From positions 3,254 through 35,253 of the forward strand of contig NZ_ASTG01000006.1 of assembly GCF_000412635.1 (NCBI RefSeq): a stretch of DNA of 32,000 nt. Direction: 5' to 3'. The DNA comes from Sphingobium bisphenolivorans (GTDB taxonomy: Bacteria > Pseudomonadota > Alphaproteobacteria > Sphingomonadales > Sphingomonadaceae). Shown here one piece after another: positions 1-8,417 of the stretch (its first letter is position 1; each line of letters starts with the position of its first letter). Made by a program: the position numbers and the translations under genes. The notes under the pieces are model-generated. The model saw only the letters and a program-made list of their open reading frames with translations, did no database searches and had not been told where the DNA came from.

Positions 1-333
1 CGCCCTTGCCGATAGAGCCACCGCGAAACTCGCCGAATAGCTGTAGGTGGTGACGCTCGGCCGACCCTTGCCGCCCCCGCTCTTGCTCTTCGTCTCCTTG
101 AGGTCGGTCGCCCAGATCACCGATCCCGCGACCCGCATCGTTCCGAACAGCTTGGGCAACTGCGCGCCGTAGGTCGACGTCTGCACCTGAACGTCGGCCA
201 GCCGCCGGCCCTGCACTCCCTTGGGCTTGAACAGCACCGCATGGTCGAAGGCGTTGCCGATCAGCCCGCCAATCGCCGCGCCGAGCGGCCCGCCGACGGC
301 AGTCCCCAGCGCGGTCAAAACGATCGTAGCCAT
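1..333 (-). CDS. GTA g15-like tail/host-specificity protein, first 111 codons only (continues past window start)
   Basis: ATG at 333 preceded by the GGGGGA SD. My translation is MATIVLTALGTAVGGPLGAAIGGLIGNAFDHAVLFKPKGVQGRRLADVQVQTSTYGAQLPKLFGTMRVAGS, a Gly-rich N-terminus typical of g15-family proteins. It lies directly after the g14-like peptidase. Confidence 0.75.
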   Translation of the reverse strand, partial: MATIVLTALGTAVGGPLGAAIGGLIGNAFDHAVLFKPKGVQGRRLADVQVQTSTYGAQLPKLFGTMRVAGSVIWATDLKETKSKSGGGKGRPSVTTYSYSASFAVALSARA

Positions 334-346
334 GTTCCCCCTTTCG

Positions 347-745
347 TTACGCTCGCCAGTGGCCAATCACCGGCCAGGGCGACTGGCCGGGCATCTCCAC
401 CACGCGCCTCAGTCCCGCATGAGCATGGACGTGACCGCCCGGCACCTTGATCATCAGGTGCAGTTGCAGCGGACCTGCGCGAACCAGGGCCACGTCGCCG
501 GCCATGGCCCTCGACACCTCCTTCAGACCGGCGGCGTTCAGCCAGTCCCGCGCGCGCGCTTCATTCCCCGAACGCAGGCCATATTCGTCAGGCACCACGC
601 CTCGATGTCCCGCCCCTGCATAGGCCAGCGTCGTCAAGCCGACGCAATCCAGACCTCGCGCGTCGCGCCCATGCAGGCGAAAGGGCACGCCGACCAGTGC
701 CCGCGCCGCTGCGACGATCCTCGCCGCCCGATCCGGATCGCTCAC
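347..745 (-). CDS. GTA g14-like NlpC/P60 cell-wall peptidase
   Basis: Track ORF 347..853. Motif GVPFRLHGRD..GLDCVGL (catalytic Cys context) and a later His-rich HVHAH segment. The likely start is the GTG at 745, forming a GTGA overlap with the g13 stop (742-744). Confidence 0.75.
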   Translation of the reverse strand: MSDPDRAARIVAAARALVGVPFRLHGRDARGLDCVGLTTLAYAGAGHRGVVPDEYGLRSGNEARARDWLNAAGLKEVSRAMAGDVALVRAGPLQLHLMIKVPGGHVHAHAGLRRVVEMPGQSPWPVIGHWRA

Positions 746-1557
746 GCGCCGGGATAGCGGGTCAGCAGGTCGGTGCCCGGCAGGTAGGGCTCCCCCCGGA
801 AGTTCACCGCATTGCCGAAGCGCGCGACGCAACTGTCCAGCCGCCGGTCGCATCCTTCGGTCAGCAGCGCCAGCGCCTCCGCCTCGACCGGGGAGGGCGG
901 CGGGTCCGCCAGCATCACCGCGCTGGCATCATTGTCGATCACACCCTGAACGATGCCGCAGTTGCGCCCGTTCAGCCAGCGCAGCGAGCCAAAGGCATAA
1001 TGCCCCACCTCCAACTCGCCCACATGCGCCACGGTGCCGGCAACCTCGCTCACCCGCACCAGCCGCCGCCGTCCCGCCATATCGACGCGGCACTCCCGAT
1101 CGCCCAGCGCCGCGCGGCAGTCCGGCGAGGTCGAGGGCGCAACCGGACCCTTGAGCGCCGCCATCGCGCCCACCAACTCAGCCGTGAACGCGCCGCCCTT
1201 GCGCGCCACCGCGCCGATCTCTCCCCTCGCCAGCAGCAGCCACATCGCGCCCGGCTCCTCCCATTCGGTGAGGCGCAACTCCAGCGCAGCGCCATCCCAT
1301 CGGCCCGCCATCAGGTCCGCCTCGCTGATCGCATCGGCGACCAAAGCGCCCACGATATCGGCGTCACCCCCTTCCACACCGATCCCGCTGCGCACGGCGG
1401 ACGGCGTCATCCCCGGCGCCGCGCGGTAGCGGACATACCCCACCAGCAGATCCCGGTCATGGCTCGTCAGGCCGATCGCCACACCGTCGCGCCGCTCCAG
1501 CCGCCAGCAGAAGGCCAGCGTCGCAAGCGGCTTGTCCAAAGCCTCCAGCCCGATCAT
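742..1557 (-). CDS. GTA g13-like tail hub protein (DUF2163 / BR0599-type)
   Basis: Track ORF 742..1737. The conserved part starts at MIGLEALDKPLATLAFCWRLERRDGVAIGLTSHDRDL. ATG at 1557 forms an ATGA overlap with the upstream stop (1554-1556). Confidence 0.8.
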   Translation of the reverse strand: MIGLEALDKPLATLAFCWRLERRDGVAIGLTSHDRDLLVGYVRYRAAPGMTPSAVRSGIGVEGGDADIVGALVADAISEADLMAGRWDGAALELRLTEWEEPGAMWLLLARGEIGAVARKGGAFTAELVGAMAALKGPVAPSTSPDCRAALGDRECRVDMAGRRRLVRVSEVAGTVAHVGELEVGHYAFGSLRWLNGRNCGIVQGVIDNDASAVMLADPPPSPVEAEALALLTEGCDRRLDSCVARFGNAVNFRGEPYLPGTDLLTRYPGA

Positions 1558-3884
1558 TCGCGTATCTCCACCAGCGGTACGGAGGGCGCCTCGCCCGCCG
1601 CGAAGGTCGCCCTGTTGATGTCCAGCCGATCCTCGGCAAAGCGCACCGGTACGTCGAAGCGGAAGCCGGCCGTCAGCACCGCGCCCTCCGCCGGCGCCGT
1701 ATCGAAGGCGATCACGCCCAACCCCACATGGCTCCACCCGCTGGTCAGCTCGACGCCGTCGGCCGCGACCCTGATCGTGCCAGCCACAGGCCGCGTCACC
1801 CGCCGCACCTGGGCGTCCTCGCCAGCCCCGTAGAAGCGCTGCAACCGAAACTCCGCCCGCACCCCGTCACCCACGCCCAGCCGCTGGTCGAGCGCGCCCG
1901 GCGCCTCGCCCACGGCGCAGCTGCGATCATCATAGGGGTCGGTGAAGCGGAAGCCGCGCGCAGCCCCGCGCCGCGCCCGGAAGAAAGCAATCAGCGCCGC
2001 GATGTCTGCTTCCGACCGCACCCCCGGCCCTGCATCGAAGGACAGGCGCGCATCCGCCCAGTCGCTGCTCCTGCGCTCATGGCCGGAGGGGCTCTCCACC
2101 ACCTGCGTTGAAAAGCTCGGGGCCACGCTCGCCTCCCGCCCGATAGGCAGAGGAAAACTCACATCGTCAAAGGCTTGCACATCATTCTCCCCATCCAGCC
2201 TGAAGCAGGTGAAGCCATCGCGCGCCACCTGCGGCAGCGCCCATATAAATGTCGCCGCCGTGCCCCGCTTGACCGCCGCCTCCGCCGCCGCGGCGATCTC
2301 GCGCCACTGCCCTGCCTCCTCCGGACGCAGGACGAACCCCGAAAAATAATGCTGCTCCTCGACCGGGTAGCCGAGCCGTTCGGTCGCCACCTCGACGCCG
2401 CGCGCCGTCAGCCGCTCGCGCCCCTGCGTCACCCAGTCATAATCCTCCAGCTGGAGCACATCGAAGGCCGGGGACGCCCACCCGACCGGCATGTTCGCCC
2501 GCTTCGCCTCGGGCGCGAGCGGATCGAGCACCGTCGGCAGATAGGCGAGCAGATGCGTCACGGCGCCCGGCGCCAGCCCCTTCACCCAACTGCAAAGCGC
2601 CGCCGTCGAAGCGGCCAACACCGCCCCCGCCTGATCCAGCAGCGCCTTCTGCGCCGCGCTCAAAGCACTCCGCACATCGGGAATGGAAACCGGCGCTCCG
2701 CCAAAGGCCGCTCGCGCCGCATCGTCATACAGGCAGATGCGCCCATCGGCGGGCATGACCCACCACCAGGGTTCACCAACCTGGAACCGTATCGGAATTT
2801 CGGCTGCCAACCCTATGTAAACAAAGGCGCCCGCAACCAGCCGCAAATAGCTCATGGCGCCCTCATGGGCAGGCGACAGCAAAGTCGATGGCGGTGTCCA
2901 CCCGGTCAGTGCCGGCTCGCCATTCTCCGCTCTTTGCTTCCAGTCGTTCCAGCAATGCGCGTCGAACAGTTCGTAGGACAGCGACCAAATGATCCCCAGC
3001 CCCAGCGCCTTCGCGCGTCGTGCGAAGTCCGCGTGCCAGGCGGCGCAGGGCGCATTCAGAACGCCGCCCGCCAGGCTGACATAGTGGCCGCCGCCCAGCG
3101 GTTCGAGCCGGAAATAATGGCTCATCCCGACATAATGGTTGATGTCGCCGCGATAGCCGAGCGCATGGATCATCGCCACGATCCGCTCCGGCGTCTGGTT
3201 GAAACAGTCGTCATAGCCCGTCGCCATTGACAGGCCATGTTCGGGCAGCACGACATCGCCGATGTGCAGCACCGATCCGGCACCATCGCACTGGATATCA
3301 GTCAGTTCTGCCCAACCTTCGACACCCGCTGGGAACGGCGTGCTTCCCGCATCATATCCAGGGGGCGCGAGCGAGATGAACATCCGATCGACATCGCCTG
3401 CCCAAACCGGGTCAGCTTCGCCCGGCAACAAAAATCCGCCTGCAAGATCAGAGAAGTTCAACTCGATTTCAGCATCTTCCGCGGTACCGCTCGCATAGTT
3501 CCACAGCCGCACATACCAGCTTCGCGGCTCGCCCGCCGCATCGCGCCCCTCGATCGCCAACGTCGGGCCATGCGTTTCATCCAGCCGCCGCAACCCGTCG
3601 CTCCGCCAGCGAAAGCGCAGCACGCACTGGCGAAAATCCCGCGCCGTCTCATAGGCCAGCAGCGGATGACTCCATCTGTCCTCCGCTTCCCAGATCAGCC
3701 CCGCCAGATCGCCCGATCCGTAAAAGACCGCATCCACGCGCAGCGCATCAGGCGCCGTGGTCACGACCGCCGCCATCATCGGGCGCGGGAAATTGACCGT
3801 CCAATGCGTCGGCGCAAACCGCTTGATGAAGCGGCTGTCCTGCCCCCGCCTCCGGTCGGCGAGCCAATAGTCCAGGCCACTCAT
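1554..3884 (-). CDS. 776-aa fusion: unassigned 568-aa N-terminal module + complete GTA g12/Dit-like (DUF2460/TIGR02217-type) C-terminal domain
   Basis: Single uninterrupted ORF with ATGA overlap to the TMP stop at 3881-3884. The last ~208 aa (QAFDDVSFPLPIGREASVAPSFSTQVVESPSGHERRSSDWADARLSFDAG...FRFTDPYD) look like a full-length g12. The N-terminal 568 aa have no family I can name. Confidence 0.8.
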   Translation of the reverse strand: MSGLDYWLADRRRGQDSRFIKRFAPTHWTVNFPRPMMAAVVTTAPDALRVDAVFYGSGDLAGLIWEAEDRWSHPLLAYETARDFRQCVLRFRWRSDGLRRLDETHGPTLAIEGRDAAGEPRSWYVRLWNYASGTAEDAEIELNFSDLAGGFLLPGEADPVWAGDVDRMFISLAPPGYDAGSTPFPAGVEGWAELTDIQCDGAGSVLHIGDVVLPEHGLSMATGYDDCFNQTPERIVAMIHALGYRGDINHYVGMSHYFRLEPLGGGHYVSLAGGVLNAPCAAWHADFARRAKALGLGIIWSLSYELFDAHCWNDWKQRAENGEPALTGWTPPSTLLSPAHEGAMSYLRLVAGAFVYIGLAAEIPIRFQVGEPWWWVMPADGRICLYDDAARAAFGGAPVSIPDVRSALSAAQKALLDQAGAVLAASTAALCSWVKGLAPGAVTHLLAYLPTVLDPLAPEAKRANMPVGWASPAFDVLQLEDYDWVTQGRERLTARGVEVATERLGYPVEEQHYFSGFVLRPEEAGQWREIAAAAEAAVKRGTAATFIWALPQVARDGFTCFRLDGENDVQAFDDVSFPLPIGREASVAPSFSTQVVESPSGHERRSSDWADARLSFDAGPGVRSEADIAALIAFFRARRGAARGFRFTDPYDDRSCAVGEAPGALDQRLGVGDGVRAEFRLQRFYGAGEDAQVRRVTRPVAGTIRVAADGVELTSGWSHVGLGVIAFDTAPAEGAVLTAGFRFDVPVRFAEDRLDINRATFAAGEAPSVPLVEIRE

Positions 3885-4480
3885 CCGTTCAGCGCTCCCC
3901 TCACCGCCCGCGCCACCTGCCGCGCACTGCGCGCCAGCAGCCGTGCACCGTCCTGCCCTTCGCCGCGGCCTTGCACCGCGATGCTCACCCGCACGTCGCG
4001 CGCGCCCGGCGGGCCGTGCGCGACCACCTGCCCGCTTGCCGTCGGCACGAACAGTTCGGGACCCCGCTCCCCCACCATATAGGCGCGCCCCGGCGATACC
4101 GGCCCGCCGGTCGCCCGCCCCGGAGCGCCCAGCGCCACCGCAGCAAGCTTCAGCAACCCGCCGCCGTCGCTCACACTCGCCACGCCGGACCGCAACGCAT
4201 TGGCGGCGATGTCGTCGAGCGTGCGCAGGGCGATCCGCTTCAGATCCTCAAAGCCGAACTGCCCCGTCCGCACCGCGCGCAGCAGCCCCTGTTCGATGCG
4301 CCGGCCCGCCCGCTCCGCACCCGACGCCAATGGTCCCTCCAGCTCCCCGCGCATCGCCTCGACGTCACGTCCAAAAGCCTGCCTATCCGCCCGCACCCGC
4401 ACGACCAGATCATCGATGTCCTCGTCCAAGCCCCACCTCCCAAATGCAAGAAGCCCTCCCTTCAGGTTCAGCAGGGCCAC
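3881..4480 (-). CDS. GTA g11-like short tail tape measure protein
   Basis: 199-aa ORF with the TMP-type motif YMVGERGPELFVPTASGQVV, positioned between the chaperones and Dit. The start is uncertain: GTG at 4480 lacks an SD, while an in-frame TTG at about 4429 follows GGGAGG. Confidence 0.7.
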   Translation of the reverse strand: MALLNLKGGLLAFGRWGLDEDIDDLVVRVRADRQAFGRDVEAMRGELEGPLASGAERAGRRIEQGLLRAVRTGQFGFEDLKRIALRTLDDIAANALRSGVASVSDGGGLLKLAAVALGAPGRATGGPVSPGRAYMVGERGPELFVPTASGQVVAHGPPGARDVRVSIAVQGRGEGQDGARLLARSARQVARAVRGALNG

Positions 4481-4581
4481 ATGACTCTGCTGAAGGCTGG
4501 GGAAGGACCTTTCGCGCTCACCTCCCGGCGCCCCGCTTCCTCAACTCCGCCGTTTCGAGCGAAGTCGAGAAACAGCCCGCC

Positions 4582-4776
4582 TCAATCCGGCATCATTCGC
4601 CGCAAACGCTCCAGTTCGCCCGCATCGACGCCAAGTCCCGTCTCCTCCTCTCCCCGCGCCGCGCGCAGCACCGCCTCCAGCTCGTCCGGCGTCGATCGCC
4701 AGAACTCGTCCGGCCGCCACCCCAGCAGCCATCCCGCGACCCCGGCCAACCGGGCCGCCGCCTTGAAGAAGCTCAT
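4582..4776 (-). CDS. GTA g10.1-like tail assembly chaperone (rcc01693-type small protein)
   Basis: 64 aa, MSFFKAAARLAGVAGWLLGWRPDEFWRSTPDELEAVL. ATGA overlap with the upstream gene at 4773-4776. Confidence 0.7.
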   Translation of the reverse strand: MSFFKAAARLAGVAGWLLGWRPDEFWRSTPDELEAVLRAARGEEETGLGVDAGELERLRRMMPD

Positions 4777-5084
4777 CGTCCCGCCAGTATCTGCTTCAGG
4801 ATGATCCGCAGCACCGGCGACAGCCTCGCCAGTCCGGCGCCGACGATCGCCTCGCCCAACGCTTCGCGCGTCAGGCCGCTCGGCGGATCAACCAGACAGT
4901 GCCAGAACAGCGCCGCCATATCGGCCAGTGACAGCTTTCCGTCCGCCGCGCGCTCCACCAGGTCGAACAGCGGCCCCAATTCCTCCTCCGCCGCCACCAG
5001 CGCCGCGAAGCTCGGCCGCAGCGTCAGCGTCTCGCCGCCAAGGTCCAGCGCGGCCTCGCCCCGCGCCCCATTCGCCCCGCTCAC
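4773..5084 (-). CDS. GTA g10-like tail assembly chaperone
   Basis: 103 aa, located directly after the major tail gene. GTGA overlap at 5081-5084. Confidence 0.7.
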   Translation of the reverse strand: MSGANGARGEAALDLGGETLTLRPSFAALVAAEEELGPLFDLVERAADGKLSLADMAALFWHCLVDPPSGLTREALGEAIVGAGLARLSPVLRIILKQILAGR

Positions 5085-5488
5085 AGCGACACCACTGCGC
5101 CAGAGCTTTCCAGGCTCAGCGCATAATTGCGCTCGCCATTATAATCGCCCGCATAGTCAAGCCGGGTGACCAGGAAGCGGCCGCGCATCCGCTCGCCGCT
5201 TTCGAAGCTCAGCTCGTAATCCTCGATCGTCCCGGCCAGCGCATGGTTGCGCAGCCGCACTTCCGCCGCCGATCCGGTGAAAATCCCGGCCGCCGACACG
5301 CTGACCGATCGCACGCCGGCGCCCGAAAGCAACTCGCGCCAGCCGCCGCTGTCCTTGGTCGTGACGTTGACTGCCTCGCCATTCACCGACAGCTGCGTCG
5401 TCCGCATGCCGGCGACGGTCGCATAGGCTGCGGGGCTACCGCCATCGCCTATTCTCAACAGAAACGCGCTTCCTTTTTCCACAGCCAT
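5081..5488 (-). CDS. GTA g9-like major tail protein (TP901-1-type)
   Basis: 135 aa, MAVEKGSAFLLRIGDGGSPAAYATVAGMRTTQLSVNGEAVNVTTKDSGGWRELL. AAGGAG SD upstream. Confidence 0.85.
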   Translation of the reverse strand: MAVEKGSAFLLRIGDGGSPAAYATVAGMRTTQLSVNGEAVNVTTKDSGGWRELLSGAGVRSVSVSAAGIFTGSAAEVRLRNHALAGTIEDYELSFESGERMRGRFLVTRLDYAGDYNGERNYALSLESSGAVVSL

Positions 5489-5543
5489 GGAGCATTCTCC
5501 TTTAAGACAAGTCGTGCATGAATCGGGATTTGGAGAGGTTTAG

Positions 5544-5873
5544 ATGCTCGTTGCCGCACCCCTCATTTTGATGCTGGCCGCTGCTCCGCAGGGTGCCGAC
5601 GCGGTCGGCGCGGGCCGCAAGGCCTATTCGGAATGCTTGTCGAAGCAGATTCAGCCTGCGCTCGACAAGAAGCTGACGCTCGCCGACTTCCAGTCCGCAC
5701 TGAAGGAAAAGTGCGGCGCGCAGGAAACAGCCTTCCGCACCGCCATCGTCAACGACGACAAGTCCAGCAAGATGTCCGATGCGGACGCACAATCGGACGC
5801 GGACGAACAGGTTTCGGAATATAAGGACAAGATCGTCGGCGAGTTCGAGGATTATTCCAAGCCCGGCGGCTGA
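5544..5873 (+). CDS. small secreted protein (signal peptide, 2 Cys, Lys/Asp-rich), opposite strand inside the GTA cluster
   Basis: GGAGAGG SD 5 nt before the ATG. Signal peptide MLVAAPLILMLAAAPQGADA. High GC3 in this frame. The overlapping minus ORF 5502..5894 looks like a shadow. Confidence 0.65.
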   Translation: MLVAAPLILMLAAAPQGADAVGAGRKAYSECLSKQIQPALDKKLTLADFQSALKEKCGAQETAFRTAIVNDDKSSKMSDADAQSDADEQVSEYKDKIVGEFEDYSKPGG

Positions 5874-6063
5874 CCGCGCGCTCCGCATCCCCACTCAGCG
5901 TCATGCTGAACTTGTTTCACCATCCATCCATCGCCCCGAGCGATAGCCTGTGGAGGCGCGGTGGATGCTGAAGCGAATTCCTCGCAACATTATGCGTCGT
6001 GCCTCAGTCTGAACTGACCTGCAGCGTGCAGAAAAGGTTCGGCCGCGGTTGAGACAGATCGCG

Positions 6064-6459
6064 TCAGCCCCGCACCACCCGCAGCCGATAATCCGCCACG
6101 CCCTGCCAGCCATCCCGCGTTCCGGTCCGCGCCACACGCGAGCGCACCAGCCGCGCGCTGATGACCCGCCACTCGGCCCCCGCGCCGACATCGCGAACCA
6201 CCAGATCGATCAGCGCCAGCAGCGCTCCCAGCCGCTCCGGCCGCTCCCCGACATCGTACAGCTGGATCGCCAGCGTCAGTTCGCGCCCATCAACATCCTT
6301 CGCACCCCAGTCGTTGCCCAGGCAGTCGCCCACCACCGCATAGGGCTCGCTCGCCCGCCCCGGCCTGCCATCGAACAGGCCATTGAGGCCGCTCATCAGC
6401 GCGCTGTCCGCCCGCAAAGCCTCGATCAGGGCCGCTCGCACCGCCACCTCAGCGCTCAT
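6064..6459 (-). CDS. GTA g8-like tail terminator protein (DUF3168-type)
   Basis: 131 aa, MSAEVAVRAALIEALRADSALMSGLNGLFDG. ATGA overlap at 6456-6459. Confidence 0.8.
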   Translation of the reverse strand: MSAEVAVRAALIEALRADSALMSGLNGLFDGRPGRASEPYAVVGDCLGNDWGAKDVDGRELTLAIQLYDVGERPERLGALLALIDLVVRDVGAGAEWRVISARLVRSRVARTGTRDGWQGVADYRLRVVRG

Positions 6460-6662
6460 CCCCGTCCCCTTCCCGCCTCACGCAGCGCCAAATCGCTGAG
6501 CCACCGCCGCCTCAGCCCCGGCCCGCGCAGCCGCACCAGTTCACCTTCGATGCCGACATCCTCGACGCCGGCCGCGCGCACCGCCGCCGCGATTTCACGG
6601 CGCCGCTTCTCCGCCCCGGATTCCATCAGCGCCTCCACCAGCGCCTGCAGCCGCGCCCTCAT
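6456..6662 (-). CDS. 68-aa hypothetical protein at the g7 (head-closure) position
   Basis: Tail of track ORF 6456..7049. ATG at 6662 forms an ATGA overlap with the g6 stop (6659) and an ATGA overlap with the g8 start. Sequence MRARLQALVEALMESGAEKRRREIAAAV...; no recognisable family. Confidence 0.5.
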   Translation of the reverse strand: MRARLQALVEALMESGAEKRRREIAAAVRAAGVEDVGIEGELVRLRGPGLRRRWLSDLALREAGRGRG

Positions 6663-7138
6663 GTCAGCCGCATCCGCCGCCAGGGCCGCCACAGCGCGCT
6701 CACGACAGCAGGCGGCGTCGCCACCTGCCCGTCCCGTGCTCCGAAATGCTCCGCCGCCAGCCGCACTATGCCCTGCCGGATGGCATCGGGCAGCCCTTCG
6801 GCATCCTGCGCCATGCCTGCATGATAGCGCACGGTGGCCATGCCCACATCTGGACGTACCCGTACCCAGCCGTCCCCCGCCGCATCGATGTCGATCGCAT
6901 AGGCATCCGCCGCCAGCGCGCTCCCCTGCGCCTCCACGCCCAGGATAGCCACGACGGGCCGCCCCGACAGCCTCTGCCATGTTCCGTCCGCACCCGCCGT
7001 CTCGCTGGCCTCGCGCACGATCAGCCATTGTCCGATGAACTGTTCGCAAAGCCCCGTGGCGCTCGCCAGCAGCCGCTCCAGCACGCCATCCTCATCATCC
7101 GACCCGATCCGCAACCAGGCCTTAAGCTCCACCAGCAC
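6659..7138 (-). CDS. GTA g6-like head-tail connector/adaptor (phage gp6-like)
   Basis: 159 aa, MLVELKAWLRIGSDDEDGVLERLLASATGLCEQFIG, a typical gp6-like N-terminus. GTG start after the GGGGAGGG SD. Confidence 0.8.
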   Translation of the reverse strand: MLVELKAWLRIGSDDEDGVLERLLASATGLCEQFIGQWLIVREASETAGADGTWQRLSGRPVVAILGVEAQGSALAADAYAIDIDAAGDGWVRVRPDVGMATVRYHAGMAQDAEGLPDAIRQGIVRLAAEHFGARDGQVATPPAVVSALWRPWRRMRLT

Positions 7139-7262
7139 GCGCCGCCCTCCCCTTGAAAAAGGGGGACGCCCTACGGACGCCCCCAGCTTCCTTCTCCCTC
7201 CCGGAGAAGGATACGCAGCCTTGCCAGCTCTGCTGGCTAGGCGAAGTTGGATGAGGCCGACG

Positions 7263-8375
7263 TCAGGACGCTGCGAACTTCATCAGCTTGATCGCCTCCG
7301 AATTGGCGACCGCGCCGCCGATCCGCTTGACCGCATAGAAATGCACGAACGGCTTGTTGCTGAACGGATCGCGGAGGATGCTCGTCTCGCTGCGCTCTGA
7401 GACGACATAGCCCGCCTTGAAGTTACCAAAGGCGATCGAGAGCGACCCCGCCGCCAGATCGGGCATGTCCTCGGCCTCGATCACCGGATAGCCGAGCAGC
7501 GTCGCCGGCTGCTCTGCGGCCAGCGAAGGCTGCCAGATGAATGCGCCGTCGGTCGTCTTCATCTTGCGGATGACCGCCAGCGTCGCCGAATTCATCACGA
7601 AGCACGCCCCCTGCCGGTAGGGGGCCCGCAGGCTCTGCACCAGGTCGATCAGCTTGTCCGGACCCGCCGCCGTGAACGCACCCGAAGCCCCCGACGCCAC
7701 ATATTGCAGCGACCCGAATGCGCGCACGCTGTCCGCCTCGTTGGTCGTCGTATAGGTCAGGAAGCCCTTGGGCTTGTTCGTTCCATTGCCGTTCACGAAC
7801 GCCGCACCCTCTGCCGCCGCGAACTCGCGCGCAATCTCGCCCGCCAGCCAGCTCTCGACATCGAACTCAGCGTCGTCCAGCATCGCCTGGCTCGCCGCCG
7901 GATTGGCGTAGAGCTCGCCATAGGGCGGCACGATCTCGTTGAAGCTCGGCGTCGCCGTCTCCGTCCGTGCACCCGTCTCGCTCGCCCAGCCCGACACGAT
8001 GCCGCCCGACGTCACCAGCTTGCGATAGCCCGCCGATCCCGTGCGCACCACATTGGCGATGCTCCTGATCGGCGAGATGCTTTTCAGCGTCGCGTCGATG
8101 ATCTGGTCGATCTCGCGGGGCACCGCATAGCCGCCTGCCGTGCCGGACGCCCCCGAAAAGCTCTTCAGCTCCACCCCCGCCTCAAGCCCCTGCCGCAGAT
8201 AGCGTTCGACAAAGGCAGCGTGCCGCGGATCGGCGGCCCCGCCCTTCACCCCGTCCAGCGCCGGCCGCTGCTGCGCCAGCAGGCTCCCCTTCAGCGCGGC
8301 GACCTCACCCTCCAGCTCCGCGATGCGCTCACCCCGCACCACCGCGTCAAAGCTTGCTTCCAACTGGTCCGTCAT
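7263..8375 (-). CDS. GTA g5-like HK97-family major capsid protein
   Basis: 370 aa with an N-terminal coiled segment followed by an HK97-like body (GGYAVPREIDQII, FVMNSATLAVIRK). GGGAG SD. Confidence 0.9.
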   Translation of the reverse strand: MTDQLEASFDAVVRGERIAELEGEVAALKGSLLAQQRPALDGVKGGAADPRHAAFVERYLRQGLEAGVELKSFSGASGTAGGYAVPREIDQIIDATLKSISPIRSIANVVRTGSAGYRKLVTSGGIVSGWASETGARTETATPSFNEIVPPYGELYANPAASQAMLDDAEFDVESWLAGEIAREFAAAEGAAFVNGNGTNKPKGFLTYTTTNEADSVRAFGSLQYVASGASGAFTAAGPDKLIDLVQSLRAPYRQGACFVMNSATLAVIRKMKTTDGAFIWQPSLAAEQPATLLGYPVIEAEDMPDLAAGSLSIAFGNFKAGYVVSERSETSILRDPFSNKPFVHFYAVKRIGGAVANSEAIKLMKFAAS

Positions 8376-8389
8376 CCACTACTCCCACG

Positions 8390-8417
8390 AAAAAGGGCGG
8401 CCCGAACCGGACCGCCC
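8390..8417 (-). terminator. intrinsic-terminator-like hairpin + U5 between the protease and capsid genes
   Basis: Minus-strand RNA GGGCGGUCC-GGUUC-GGGCCGCCC (9 bp including one G-U) followed by UUUUU. It lies 29 nt after the protease stop and ends 14 nt before the capsid ATG. Confidence 0.55.

Noticed and set aside
4582-5084. Programmed -1 frameshift between the two tail-chaperone genes (G/GT-like)
   Set aside because: The second gene has its own ATG in an ATGA overlap, and I could not identify a convincing slippery heptamer. Coupled re-initiation explains the layout.
5502-5894. 130-aa minus-strand ORF that would keep the GTA strand continuous
   Set aside because: Arg/Leu/Gly-rich shadow-like sequence without an SD. 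The plus-strand frame has an SD, a signal peptide and high GC3.
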